The notes beneath the pieces are model-generated. The model saw nothing but the letters and a program-made list of their open reading frames with translations, was not told the origin of the DNA and did not search any database. DNA of 64,000 bases from Squalus acanthias. Lineage: Eukaryota. Below, in pieces: positions 1-12,995 of this stretch (the stretch's first letter is position 1; the number at the start of each line of letters is the position of its first letter). The stretch covers positions 60,514,001-60,578,000 of the forward strand of contig CM059438.1 in the NCBI GenBank assembly GCA_030390025.1, written 5' to 3'. The position numbers and the translations under genes are program-made.

Positions 1-762
1 GGTAATGCATTTGGGGAGGACTAACAAGGCAAGGGAATACACTATAAACGGTCGGACACTGAGAAGTGTAGAGGAACAGAGGGACCACAGATCCCTGAAC
101 CTAGCAGGACAGCTAGATAAGGTGGTTAAGAAGGCATATGGGATACTTTCCTTAATTAGCCAAGGCATAGAATATAAGAGCAGAGAGGTTATGCTTGAAC
201 TGTATAAAACACTCGTTAGGCCACAGTTAGAGTACTGTGTACAGTTCTGGTCACCACATGACAGGACCACATTACAGGAAAGATGTGATTGCACTAAAGA
301 GGGTACAGAGGAGATTTACGAGGATGTTGCCTGGACTGGAGAATTTTAGCTACGAGGAAAGATTGGATAGGCTGGGGTTGTTTTCTTTGGAACAGAGGAG
401 GCTAAGGGGAGACTTGATTGAGGTGTATAATATTATGAGGGGACTAGATAGAGTGGATAGGAAGGGCCTATTTCCCTGTGGTCAATAATCAGGGGGCATA
501 GATTTAAAGTAATTAGTAGAAGGATTAGAGGGGAGTTGAGGAGAACTTTTTTCACCCAGAAGGTGGTGGGGGTCTGGAACTCACTGCCTGAAAGGGTGGT
601 AGAGGCAGAAAAGTACTTGGATATGTACTTGAAGAGCTGTAACCTACAGAGCTACGGACCAAGAGCTGGGAAGTGGGATTACGCTGGATACTCTTTCGGC
701 CGGCACAGACACAATGGGCCGAATGACCTCTTTCTGTGCCGTAAATTTCTATGATTCTATGT
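1..762 (+). mobile_element. CR1-clade LINE, 3' fragment (RT C-terminus + 3' UTR), degenerate
   Basis: ORF pieces LELYKTLVRPQLEYCVQFWSPH and LEQRRLRGDLIEVY; ends in ttctatgattctatg, the CR1 terminal 8-bp repeat. Confidence 0.9.
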
Positions 763-834
763 GGTTTGTGTGAAGAATACAATTTGGGTGGAGAGAACCA
801 AGATCCAAGAGATTTTGAAGCAAAGAAAATTAAT

Positions 835-1182
835 AGAGTAAATAAGGAGAAATTGTTTCCAGTGGCTGAAGGGTCGATAACCAGAGGACACAGATTTAAG
901 GTGATTGGCAAAAGAACCAGAGGCGACACGAGGAGAAACCTATTTACGCAACAAGTGGCTAGAATTTGGAATGCACTGCCTGATAGGGTGGTGGAAAGAG
1001 ATTCAATAGTAGCCTCCAAAAGGGAATTAGATAAATACTTGAAGGAGAAACATTTGCAGGGATATGGGGAAAGAGCGGGAGAGTGGGACTAACTGGATGC
1101 TCTTCAAAAGATCCGACGCAGACTCGACAGGCCGAATGGCCTCCTTCTGTGCTGTAATATTCTATTGTTCTATGATTCTATA
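835..1182 (+). mobile_element. CR1-clade LINE 3' fragment (second subfamily)
   Basis: KEKLFPVAEGSITRGHRFKV...FTQQVARIWNALP; ends in ttctattgttctatgattcta. Confidence 0.85.
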
Positions 1183-1285
1183 AATGAAAGTCAATGACCA
1201 TTCCTCTACGTTCCCAACATTAGTGGCCGAAGTTATCACTTTTCTGGGTTTAATGGTAATCCTGGGTGTTTTGGTTTGTTTTCCA

Positions 1286-1750
1286 GTGTCAGCCCTGGCT
1301 CATTTGGTACCACTCTTGCCTGTGAGTCAGAAGGTGACTTTCTTACTTTCTTTCTAGAAGGTTGTGGGCACAATACCTAGGTTGACACTCCAGTGCAGTG
1401 CTGAGGGAGTGCTGCACTGTCGGAGGTGCCGTCTTTCGGATGAGACGTTAAACCAAGGCCCCGTCTGCTCTCTCAGGTGGACGTAAAAGATCCCATGGCA
1501 CTATTCAAAGAAGAGCAGGGGAGTTATCCCCGGTGTCCTGGCCAATATTTATCCCTCAATCAACATCACTAAAAACAGATTATCTGGTCATTATCATATT
1601 GCTGTTTGTGGGACCTTGCTGTGCATAAATTGGCTGCTGCGTTTCCCACGTTACAACAGTGACTACACTCCAAAAGTACTTCATTGGCTGTAAAGCGCTT
1701 TGGGATGTCCTGAGGTCGTGAAAGGCACTAAATAAATGCAAGTCTTTGTT
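1286..1750 (+). mobile_element. tRNA-derived SINE, SacSINE1/DeuSINE-like
   Basis: tRNA-like head (tggctcatttggtacc), conserved body (cactccagtgcagtgctgagggagtgctgcactgtcggaggtgccgtctttc) and L2-like tail ending aaatgcaagtcttt; three more copies in the window. Confidence 0.75.
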
Positions 1751-2024
1751 TTCTTACGCACACACACTTAGAGATACACACGTTCTTATTTAATTTTGCT
1801 TGCCAAGTTTACACCAGTTGCTTAGCAGCGTAACAAACAAGCTGCAGTTTGTAACTTTGGAAAATATTTGCAACGAGTTTCCTTTCTTTGTCTTCAATGC
1901 CCTCTCTTTTAGCATTATGTCTGACATGTCATAAACACAGTGTGTGTACAGAATAGCCTCAAGGAACCTTTATTTAACCTAATTGCTTCTGATATTTGCT
2001 CCAAGAGTTACCTAGACATAGAAA

Positions 2025-2235
2025 AGAAAGAAAGACTTGCATTTCTATCGCGCCTTTCACAACCTCAGGACATCCCAAAGCACTTTACAGCCAATGAAGT
2101 ACTTTTTTGAAGTGTGGTCACTGTTGTAATGTAGGGAAATTCAGCAGCCTATTTGTGCTGAGCAAGATCCCACAAACAGCAATGAGATAAAGGAGCAGAT
2201 AATCTGTTTTAGTGATGTTGGTTGAAATGACTATG
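2025..2235 (-). mobile_element. SacSINE1-like SINE, 3' part
   Basis: Reverse complement of the 3' half of the 1286-1750 element (aaagacttgcatttctatcgcgcctttcac...). Confidence 0.75.
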
Positions 2236-2324
2236 GGATGCCACCGGTGAGTTCCAGGTCCCTGGGCTGCCACCTGCCTCCTGCCACCTCCAAGACAAAG
2301 AAAGGAAACTTGTTTCCAAACACA

Positions 2325-3520
2325 GTAACAAAGGAACAGGAGGAGGCCATTCAGCCCCTCAAGCCTGTCCCACCCTTCTATTAGATCATGGCTGATCTGT
2401 ATCTCAACTCCATCTACCCGCTTTGGTTCCATAACCCTTAATACCCTTACCTAACAAAAATCTATCAATCTCAGTTTTGAAATTTTCAATTGACTGACCC
2501 TCAACAGCTTTTTGGGGAGAGAGTTCCAGATTTCCACTACCCTTTGTGTGAAGAAGTGCTTCCTGAAATCACCCTTGAATGGTCTAGCTCTAATTTAAAT
2601 GCCCCCTTGTTCTGGACTCCCCCACCAGAGGAAATAGTTTCTCTCTATCTATCCTATCAACTCTTTTAATCTTCTTAAACACCTCAATTAGATCACTCCT
2701 TAACCTTCTAAACTCCAGGGAATACAAGCCTAGTCTATGTAACCTGTCCTCATAATTTAGCCCTTTTAGCCCCGGTATCGTTCTGGTGAGTCTGCGCTGC
2801 TCCCCCTCCAAGGTCAATATATCCTTCCTGAGGGGCGGTGCCCTGAACTGAATGCAGTGTCCAGATAGGGTCTGACCAGAGATTTATGGAACTGGAACAT
2901 AACTTCCACCCCTTTGTATTCCAGCCCTCTTGAGATAAAGGCCAATATTCCATTAACTTTTTAATCATTTTTTGTACCTGTCCACCAGCTTTTAGTGATT
3001 TCTGTACCTGGACCCCTAAATCTCTTTCTCCTCCATAGTTCCTAACTTCACACCATTTAGAAAATAATCTGATCTATCTTTCTGAGGTCCAAAGTGGATG
3101 ACCTCACGTTTCCCCACATTGAACTCCATCTGCCACAGTTTTGTCCATACACTGAATCTATCAATGTCCCTTTGCATCTTTCTGCTCCCAGTTACACTAC
3201 TTAACATGCCTCCTAACTTGGTGTCGTCGGCAAACTTGGATATACGGCTCCCTATTCCTTCATCTAAGTAATTTATAAATATAGTGAAAAGCTGAGGCCC
3301 CATTACAGATCCCGGGGGGATACCACTAGTCAAATCCACCAATTTGAGTACATGCCCATTATTCCTACTCTGTCTCCTACCTCCGAACCAATAGGTTGCC
3401 TCCAATTCCATGCGCTCTCATTTTTGTTAACAGTCTCTCATATGTAACCTTATTGAATGCCTTCTGGAAGCCCATATAAATAACATCCATAGGCAATCCC
3501 TTATCTACAACGTTAGACTT
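2325..3520 (-). mobile_element. CR1-clade LINE fragment, degenerate RT
   Basis: Minus-strand pieces DVIYMGFQKAFNKV, SGIPPGSVMGPQLFTIFIN, SKFADDTKLG and LEFRRLRSDLIEVFK, with frameshifts. Confidence 0.88.
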
Positions 3521-3547
3521 CATTTGTGACCTCATTTTCCAAAGACA

Positions 3548-6195
3548 CAGCTGTGAGGAGGGATGATATGTTGGAGGGATCATCAAACGAGGCCATATGG
3601 GTCGAATTAAAAAACAAAAAAGGGGTGATCACACTGCTGGGAGTGTACTACAGACCTCCAAACAGTGAGAGGGAGACAGAAGAACAAATATGTAGACAAA
3701 TTTCTGAGAAGTGCAAAAACTATAGGGCAGTAATAGTAGGGGATTTCAACTACCCCAATATTAACTGGGATAAAATTAGTGTGAAGGGTATAGAGGGTGC
3801 AGAATTCCTAAAATGCATCCAGGAGAACTTTTTTAGCCAGTATGTAGCAAGCCCAACAAGGGAGGGGGCGGTTCTGGACTTAGTTTTAGGGAATGAAGCT
3901 GGGCAGGTAGAAGGCGTATCAGTGGGGGAGCATTTTGGTGCTATTGACCATAATTCTGTTAGATTTAAGGTAGTTATGGAAAAGGACAAGGATAGACCAG
4001 GAATAAAAATTCTAAATTGGGGAAAAGCTAATTTTGCTAAGCTCAGAAGAGATTTAGCCATAGTGGACTGGAAACAGCTACTTGAAGGTAAATCAGTGTC
4101 AGAGCAGTGGGAGGCATTCAAGGAGGAGCTCCGGAGGGTTCAGAACAAATATGTGCCCTTAAAGAAAAAAGGTGAGATTAACAAATCTAGAGCCCCCTGG
4201 ATGTCTAGGGACATACAGGATAGAATAAAGAAAAAAAGGAAGGCGTATGACAGATACCGAGGGCTAAATACTGCAGAATCTTTAGAGGAGTACAGAAAGT
4301 GCAGGGGTGCAATTAAAAAGGACATTAGGAAAGCAAAGAGAGAGCATGAAAAATTCTTGGCAAGTAAAATCAAGGAAAACCCAAAGATGTTTTATAAATA
4401 TATTAAGAGTAAGAGGATAACTAAAGAAAGGGTAGGGCCTATTAGAGATCATGAGGGTAATCTGTGTGTGGAGGCGGGAGACGTCGGTAGGGTTCTTAAT
4501 GAATACTTTGCGTCTGTTTTCACAAAGGAGAGGGGCGAAGCAGACATTGCTATCAGGGGGGAGGAGTGTGAAATATTAGATGAAATAAACATAGTGAGAG
4601 AGGAAGTATTAAGGGGTTTAGTAGCTTTACAAGTGGATAAATCCCCAGGCCCGGATGAAATGTATCCCAGGCTGTTAAGCGAAGCAAAAGAGGAAATAGC
4701 AGAGGCCCTGACCATCATTTTTCAATCCTCTCTGGCTTCAGGTGTGGTGCCGGAGGACTGGAAGACTACTAATGTGGTACCCTTGTTTAAAAAGGGAGAA
4801 AAGGATAGACCGAGTAATTACAGGTCAGTCAGCCTAACCTCGGTGGTGGGAAAATTATTGGAAAGAATTCTGAAGGACAGGATAAATCTTCATTTAGAAA
4901 GACACGGATTAATCAAGGATAGTCAGCATGGATTTGTTAAGGGAAGGTCGTGTCTGACAAACTTGATTGAATTTTTTGAGGAGGTAACAAGGAGGGTAGA
5001 TAAGGGTAGTGCATTTGATGTAGTGTATATGGACTTTAGCAAGGCTTTTGATAAGGTTCCACATGGCAGACTGGTCACGAAATTAAGTGTCAAGTTGGAT
5101 TCAAAACTGGCTCGGAGACAGGAAGCAGAGGGTAATGTTTGATGGGTGTTTTTGTGCCTGGAAGGCTGTTTCCAGTGGGGTTCCGCAGGGCTCAGTACTA
5201 GGTCCCTTGCTTTTTGTGGTATATATCAATGATCTAGACTTGAATATAGGGGGTATGATTAAGAAGTTTGCAGATGATACTAAAATCGGCTGTGTGGCTG
5301 ATACTGAAGAAGGAAGCTGTAGACTGCAGGAAGATATCAATAAATTGGTCAGGTGGGCAGAACAGTGGCAAATGAAATTCAATCCGAAGAAGTGTGATGT
5401 AATGCATTTGGGGAGGGCTAACAAGGAAAGGGAATATACATTAAATGGTAGGACACTGAGTAGCATAGAGGAACAAAGGGACCTTGGAGTGCATGTCCAC
5501 AAATCCCTGAAGGTAGCAGGCCAGGTAGATAAGGTGGTTAAGAAGGCATACGGAATGCTTACCTTTATTAGCCGTGGCATAGAATACAAGAGCAGGGGGG
5601 TTATGCTTCAACTGTATAAAACACTAGTTAGGCCTCAGCTAGAGTACTGTGTGCAGTTCTGGTCACCACATTACAGGAAAGATGTGATTGCACTAGAGAG
5701 GGTACAGAGAAGATTTACAAGGATGTTGCCGGGAGTAGAGAATCTTAGCTATGAGGAAAGACTGGATAGGCTGGGTCTGTTTTCCTTGGAACAGAGGAGG
5801 CTGAGGGGAGACCTTATTGAGGTGTATAAAATTATGAGGGGCATGGATAAAGTGGATAGAAAGGACCTATTTCCCTTAGCAAAGGGGTCAAAAACCAGGG
5901 GGCACAGATTTAAAGTAATTGGTGAAATATTTAGAGGGGATTTGAGGGGAAATTTCTTCACCCAGAGGGTTGTGGGGGTCTGGAACTCACTGCCTGAAAG
6001 GGTGGTAGAGGCAGCAACCCTAACCACATTTAAGAAGTACTTGGATGTGCACTTGGGATGCTCTAACCTGCAGGGCTACAGACCAAGAGCTGGGAAGTGG
6101 GATTAGGCTGGATAGCTCTTTGTTGGCCGGCGCGGCCACGATGGGCCGAAATGGCCTCCTTCCGTGCTATAACTCTCTATGATTCTATGATTCTA
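3548..6195 (+). mobile_element. Young 5'-truncated CR1 LINE; ORF2 (partial APE endonuclease + RT) split by one frameshift
   Basis: ORF 3526-5142 (GVYYRPP, IVGDFNYP, DHN, KSPGPD, SQHGFVKGRSCLTNL) and ORF 5087-6106 (GVPQGSVLGP, FADD); 3' end ctctatgattctatgattcta. Confidence 0.95.
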
Positions 6196-6874
6196 CACAA
6201 ACTGCAGCTTGTTTGTTATGCTGCTGAGCGACTGGTGTAAACTCAGCATGCAAAACCTGTATATCTGTGTGGGTCCCTGTTGGCGATGACCCTGCATGCG
6301 AGTTAACCACTCCCAAGCAAAGGATTATCTGTGTGCTTTGTTCAGTCGTACAGCCGATTATTTTTGAATGTGGTTGACAGTTATTCAAATCCAGGAAGCC
6401 CTGCTCGCTATCGTCAGGGATGTTTAGGAAACTATAGCTGTTGAAAAGTCTGATTCAATTCGGAATTCTCAAGAGAGCCGTCTAAACCAGCATCAACTCC
6501 CGCGGTAGTAAGAACTACAAGAGTAAAAGAAAGACTCCGATATAACAGTATTCTGCAAGAAAAGCTCAGCGTTAGATTGCAACCTTTTATTGATTTGTTT
6601 TTGAGTAGTAGATAGGATTGCCACTGTAACTGTATACATTATAACACTGTTAGTTATTTGCTTGTTCACCTTTTCAAAAAATATATTCACTTAATGAATT
6701 AAACTTAAAATGAGATCTGAAGTTGTGATGCCCGATCACTTATCGAATACAGGCGAGAGATCCTAAGGGGAGAAATGATAGTTCTGATTGCTAAAAAATA
6801 ATTAACAGAAATGTTTTCCTGTTCCTATCCTAGGGTATGCTATTGAAAGCTTAGCTGCATATCAAGAAAAATGA

Positions 6875-7280
6875 ATGAAAGACTTGCATTGCATAATGCC
6901 TTAGGATGTCCCAAATCTCTGTACAGCCAATGAAATACTTTTGAAGTGTAGTCACTGTTGTAATGTAGGAAACGCAGCAGCCAATTTGAGCGCAGCAAGC
7001 TCCCACGAACAGCAATGAGATGATGACCAGATAAATCTGCTTTAGTGATGTTGGTTGAGGGATTAATATTGGCCCAGGACACTGGGGAGAGAGAAACTCA
7101 CCTGGTCTTCTTTGAAATAATGTAATGGTTTATTTTACGTCCATCCTAGAGAACAGATGGGGCCTCAGTTTAACGTCTCATCTGAAGGAGGGCACCTCTG
7201 ACACTGCAGCACTCCCTCAGTACTGCAGTGAGCTAGTCGAGATTTTATGCTCAAGTCTCTGGAGTGGGACTTAAACCCAC

Positions 7281-7323
<43 letters not shown>

Positions 7324-7328
7324 GCTGC
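6875..7328 (-). mobile_element. SacSINE1-like SINE, near full length
   Basis: Reverse complement of 1286-1750, from the tail (aaagacttgcatt) to the tRNA head (cccactgagccacagctg). Confidence 0.75.
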
Positions 7329-7334
7329 CACCTA

Positions 7335-8395
7335 TAACATGCTACTTCTGCTGTTTAACATGCATATAGTCCTGTGTTTTAGCTTCAATAGGTTGGTACC
7401 TCATTCTCAGGTACGCCTAGTGCTGCTCCTGGCATGCTCTTTTACACTCTTCATCGAACTAGGGTTGGTTATCTGGCTTGATGGTAATGGTAGAGTGAGG
7501 GATATGCCGGGCCATTAAGTTACAGATTGTGGCAGAATACAATTCTGCTGCTGCTGATGGCCCACAGCGCCTCATGGATGCCCAGTTTTGAGCTGCCAAA
7601 TCTGTTCTTAATCTATCCCATTTAGCACAGGGGTAGTGCCACACAACACAATGGAGGGTGTCTGCATTGTGAAGTCTGGACTTCGCCTCCACAAGGACTG
7701 TGCGGTGGTAAATCCTACCAATACTGTCATGGACAGATGTATCTGCGACAGGTAGATTGGGGAGGACGAGGTCAAGTAGGTTTTTCCCTCGAGTTGGTTC
7801 TCTCACCACCTGTCGCAGGCCCAGACTGGTAGTTATGTCCTTCAGGTCTCGGCCAGCTCGGTCAACAGTGCCTGATAAATATGATTCTGTGAGTATGACT
7901 ATGTCAGGCTGTTGCTTGACTAGTCTGTGGGGCACCTCTCAACTTTGGCACAAGTCCCCAGATGTTAGTGAGGAGGACTTTTCAGGGTGGACTGGGCTGG
8001 TTTGCCTTCGCCGTGTCCTGATTCGATACCGAGGTCGAAGATGAGTGGTCCCTCCGGTTTTATTCTTCTTATTTTTCGTAGCGGTTTGATACAACTGAGT
8101 GCAGAGGGCAATTAAAGGTCAACCCCACTGGGGTGGGATTAGAATCACATATAGGCCAGACCAGTTAAGGACGTCAGTTTTCCTTCCCAAAAGGAAATGA
8201 ATGAACCAGTTGGGCTTTTATGACAATCCAGGAGCTTCACAGTCACGTTTACTGATTCCAGCTTTTTATTTATGTTATTTTTAACTAAATTCAAATTCAC
8301 AAACTGCCATGGTGGGATTTAAATTCTTGTTTTGTCAAATCTTTATTCCACACTTTTGGATTAGAAGTTCACTAACATAACCATTACACTACCCG
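7335..8395 (-). mobile_element. 5' part of a non-CR1 LINE (APE endonuclease fragment) preceded by a tRNA-like head
   Basis: ORF 7459-7935 PDIVILTESYL...EPTRGKNLLDLVL is an APE-type endonuclease. Upstream 8085-8395 matches the SINE-like element at 29130-29515. Clade not determined. Confidence 0.7.
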
Positions 8396-8513
8396 TACTC
8401 TATGCACAGGTGAGGATAGGATTCAGACTGGTGTGATACTCACACATTGTCAAATAACCTGTAAACACTCACTGCATAAAATCACACATGGCATTGGAGT
8501 GACGTATGAATGT

Positions 8514-11042
8514 GCAGTCAGTGCCCATGGAACCCGTACCCCACTAAGAGTCAGCGTCCGTGGGACCCGTACCCCACTGAGAGTCAGTGCCCATGGAACT
8601 CCTACCACACTTAGAGTCAGCGCACATGAAAACCCGTACCCCACTGAGAGTCAGCGCACGTGGAACCCGTACCCCACTGAGAGTCAGTGCCCGTGGAACC
8701 CGTACACCACTGAGAGTCAGCGCCCGTGGAACCCGTACCCCACTGAGAGTCAATGCCCGTGGAACCCGTACCCCACTGAGAGTCAGTGCCCATGGAACTC
8801 CTACCACACTTAGGGGGAAAAATTCAGCTGCTTGCGCCTCCCGTTAGCGCCTTAAGAGGGCGCTAATGGGGCGTAAAGCAGCTAACGCCCGGGCGCAGCG
8901 CCGCCCACGCCTCCCGAAAAATTTAGTGGGAGGTTAGCGGCGGCGGCAGCCGGTAGCGCCCTGTGGCGCTGCGCCGCCGGCGATGACGTCATCGCCGTGC
9001 GCAGCACCCCGCTCGCGCCCCGGCCGTGATCTTCAGTCGCGCCCCCTGATTTACCGCCAGACGCTATGTCCGACGGGTTCAGGGAGGCGTACGTGCGGCC
9101 GGGGCGGCGATATTTAAAGCGGAGGTGGCAGGCGGCCATTTTTGTTGCTGGCCGCCTGCCAGCACCTGCCCCCGGCCCCCGTGAAGCCCCCCCACCGTGA
9201 AGTGCCGACTGCGCTCCAAGAGCCCGGCACTTCTCTTGAGTGCCGGGCTCTTTTGCCGGCACTCCCGATCCCTGGGGGCCCAGCTGGGCCCCGGTTCGCG
9301 CTGCGCAGGGTCCCTCCCCTTTAAGAAGGGGAGGAAGGCCTGCAATACCGCGGCGCGACGTGCCGCAGCGCGTGGCGCTGCGGCACGTAGCGCCAGGATA
9401 TTCACTCGCAGCGCCCCAAGAGGGATGTGGGCTGCTTCCAGTTGCGCCCCGCTTCCCTCTTGGGGCGCAACCACTGAAGTTCCGGCGCGGGGCCGCTAAT
9501 TTTTTCGGGGCGCTAAAAGTCGCGCCCCGGCGAGGTTAGCGCCCCAGATGGGGCGCGACTCAATTTTTACCCCTTAGAGTCAGCGTCCGTGGAACCCGTA
9601 CCCCACTGAGAGTCAGTGCCCATGGAACTCCTACCACACTTAGAGTCAGCGCACATGAAAACCCGTACCCCACTGAGAGTCAGCGCACGTGGAACCCGTA
9701 CCCCACTGAGAATCAGTGCCCGTGGAACCCGTACACCACTGAGAGTCAACGCACGTGGAACCCGTACTCCAGTGAGAGTCAGTGCCTGTGGAACCCGTAC
9801 CCCACTGAGAGTCAGTGCCTGTGGAACCCGTACCCCACTGAGAGTCATTGCCCGTGGAACCCGTACCCCACTGAGAGTCATTGCCCGTGGAAGCTGTACC
9901 CCACTGAGAGTCAGCGCCCGTGGAACCCGTACCCCACTGAGAGTCAGTGCCCATGGAACCCGTACCTCACTGAGAGTCAGTGCACATGGAACCCGTACCC
10001 CACTGAGAGTCAGTGCCCATGGAACTCCTACCACACTTAGAGTCAGCGCACATGAAAACCCGTACCCCACTGAGAGTCAGCGCACGTGGAACCCGTACCC
10101 CAGTGAGAGTCAGTGCCCGTGGAACCCGTACCCCACTGAGAGTCAGTGCCCGTGGAACTGTACCCCAGTGAGAGTCAGCGCCCGTGGAACCCGTACCCCA
10201 GTGAGAGTCAGTGCCCGTGGAACCCGTACCCCACTGAGAGTCAGTGCCCGTGGAACCCGTACCCCACTGAGAGTCAGTGCCCATGGAACCCGTACCTCAC
10301 TGAGAGTCAGTGCACATGGAACCCGTACCCCACTGAGAGTCAACGCACGTGGAACCCGTACTCCAGTGAGAGTCAGTGCCTGTGGAACCCGTACCCCACT
10401 GAGAGTCAGTGCCTGTGGAACCCGTACCCCACTGAGAGTCATTGCCCGTGGAACCCGTACCCCACTGAGAGTCATTGCCCGTGGAAGCTGTACCCCACTG
10501 AGAGTCAGCGCCCGTGGAACCCGTACCCCACTGAGAGTCAGTGCCCATGGAACCCGTACCTCACTGAGAGTCAGTGCACATGGAACCCGTACCCCACTGA
10601 GAGTCAACGCACGTGGAACCCGTACCCCACTGAGAGTCAACGCACGTGGAACCCGTACTCCAGTGAGAGTCAGTGCCCGTGGAACCCGTACCCCACTGAG
10701 AGTCAGTGCCTGTGGAAGCTGTACCTCACTGAGAGTCAGTGCCCGTGGAAGCTGTACCCCACTGAGAGTCAGCGCCCGTGGAACCCGTACCCCACTGAGA
10801 GTCAGTGCCCGTGGAACCCGTACCCCACTGAGAGTCAGTTGCCGTGGAACCCGTACCCCACTGAGAGTCAGTGCCCATGGAACCCGTACCCCACTGAGAG
10901 TCAGTGCCCGTGGAACCCGTACCCCACTGAGAGTCAGTGCCCGTGGAACCCGTACCCCACTGAGTGTCAGCGCCCGTGGAAGCTGTACCCCACTGAGAGT
11001 CAGCGCCCGTGGAACCCGTACCCCAGTGAGAGTCAGTGCCTT
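8514..11042. repeat. 27-bp minisatellite (gtggaacccgtaccccactgagagtcagtgccc-type), interrupted by a MITE
   Basis: Tandem units visible at 8514-8812 and 9574-11042. Confidence 0.97.
8813..9573. mobile_element. GC/CpG-rich non-autonomous DNA transposon (PIF/Harbinger-like MITE)
   Basis: TIRs gggggaaaaattcag / ctcaatttttacccc; TTA duplicated at 8810-8812 and 9574-9576, whereas the uninterrupted unit ctaccacacttagagtc has a single TTA. Confidence 0.85.
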
Positions 11043-11262
11043 CAGGAGAGGGAAGAAAAGTTAATCAACACAAAACAAGAAGGGGCAGGTTTGGGCTGTG
11101 TCACTTTAAAAAATGCTGCTGGTCACTGTCACAGTGCAGAGAGATGTTGAAGCACAGTCTACAGTACAAGGCGAGGGCCTGGCACTTTCCCCACAGAGCG
11201 TGTCGGAGCATCAGAGGGCACCAACCTTGGACTGAAGTCACGTCTCTCCCCACTGGCAGCCC

Positions 11263-11355
11263 GAGAGAGAGACAGAGAGAGAGAGAGAGAAAGAGAGAGA
11301 AAGAAAGAAAGGACACAGATAGAGAGAAAGAAAGAAAAAGATAGAGAGGGAGAGC
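11263..11355. repeat. GA-rich microsatellite/low-complexity tract
   Basis: (GA)n and (GAAA)n visible directly. Confidence 0.9.
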
Positions 11356-11889
11356 ATCGTTTGCAGAGGCGGTGGGACAGGTATCCTGCTGAATGGAGAA
11401 TGATGTTTGGTGTAGGGAGATTGGAGTAAAAATATGTTTTAAAATGGCACAAAATGAATTAAATGTTTGGCATGAGGAACTTTGCCATTGTTTTACTGGA
11501 CAGCAGGTAAGCAGTACTGCACCATGAACTCCGGGAGAGATCCCAACAACCTTGGGCTGCTGTCAGCTCCTTGTTTACAGACAGCTTTCCATGTAAAATA
11601 TCAGGCTGATTTGCATGTCCCTGGACGAGGTTCCCGTCTTGCAGTTCCCCATTTGATTTGATTATCAAATGTCTGTTGTGTCACTGTGCCCATTGTGTTA
11701 CTCCAGATCAGACTCACTGTTTATCCGCACCGTTTGCTTGGCTTTTATCCCTTGTTCTCCTGATTTTGCACCACGCCTGTAAGTTGAGTCAGTGAGGCAT
11801 CAGTCCGTGTGATGTGTTACCAGCGTTGTCCCAGATTCAGTCCCAGGTCTGTGCTGATTTAGTTAGGGCAACTGTTGGGGTCATACAGT

Positions 11890-11990
11890 GAAGGTTGCCA
11901 AATCCCGTTGGATGTATTCCTGGAGTTTTGATCACATGACATTAGACCATGTGGTGTGATCACGTGACGACTGATCACATGTCACTTACC
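11890..11990 (+). mobile_element. Terminal fragment of the hAT-like element family seen at 19223
   Basis: aaggttgccaaatcccgttggatgtattcctggagttttgatcacatgaca resembles 19223-19290. Confidence 0.55.
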
Positions 11991-12014
11991 CGTAGTTTGT
12001 AAATGTTATTGCAG

Positions 12015-12320
12015 TTATCCTCGCCCATCTCCATCCCTGTAACCTCCTCCAGCCCTACATCCTTCCGAGACATCTGGCCTCTTGCGTATCCCCAATTTTC
12101 ATCACTCCACCATTGGCGGCCGTGCCTTCAGCTGCCTGGGCTGTAAGCTCTGGAATTCCCTCCCTAAACCTCTCCACTTTGACCAAGCTTTTGATCACCT
12201 GTCCTAATATCTCTTTATGTGGCTCGGTGTCAATTTCTGTCTGATAAACGCTCCTGTGAAACGCCTTGGGACGTTTTACTACGTTAAAGGCACTATATAA
12301 ATGCAAGTTGTTGTTGTTGA
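12015..12320 (+). mobile_element. L2-like LINE 3' fragment
   Basis: ccattggcggccgtgccttcagc...ggcactatataaatgcaag(ttg)n; reverse complement of 12996-13410. Confidence 0.75.
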
Positions 12321-12995
12321 TGGCGCATGCACAGAATTAAACACCAGGGATAGAGCGTATGTTGTCACCTCTGCTGCTGGGAAATGAACTTCCCATTTCA
12401 TAAAAGTTGTTTTTTTCACAAACCCACTGCCGCCTCGCGCTGACCTGTGAGCACTGACATCACTAGCACCGCGGAGCAAGGGAAGCATGTGCGGACAACA
12501 AGAGGGGACGACCTTTCCTGCCCCAGGGCCAGGATGAGAGGGTGAGTCCCGATGGAGACAGGACGACTAAAAATGGAAGATTAATATCTATCATTCTGCC
12601 TTTCGTGAGGGGTTAGTGCATTTTTAATTAGTCCAGATGAACTCTGATCAGACCGTTTTCTTTCAATAGATTGTTACACCATAGTTTGACCAATAGCACC
12701 GTAAACAAAATTTATTTGACTATCACATGACGCAAATCACTGACATCACTGCCAGCAAAGCATGAAATTTGTTTACCAGGGTAATATCTTTCAAACCAAA
12801 TGTCCTTAAGGTCATTGCTTCGCTCCCACTGGCAACCCAGGCACAAGTAGATCTCCGCGCTTGTGGTTTGCACCTGGGCACATTCTTGGCCTGCTCGCGG
12901 GCATTCCATCCGCATCTCAGCTCAGCCTCACAGCTGCTGCCACAAAACCCCGAGCAAAGACACTCGACCGCAGGGGTCTTAACCTTTATAATGTA

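Noticed and set aside
8882..9539. Several Ala/Arg/Gly-rich ORFs
   Set aside because: They lie within a GC-rich MITE and show no transposase motifs.
9616..11150. 482-aa and 334-aa repetitive ORFs
   Set aside because: Translations of a 27-bp (9-codon) minisatellite that is open in several frames; no domain or gene structure.
12420..12550. Possible promoter or non-coding first exon (tgacatca motifs, ag/ggtgagt donor-like site)
   Set aside because: Short motifs like these occur by chance; there is no supporting evidence without transcript data.
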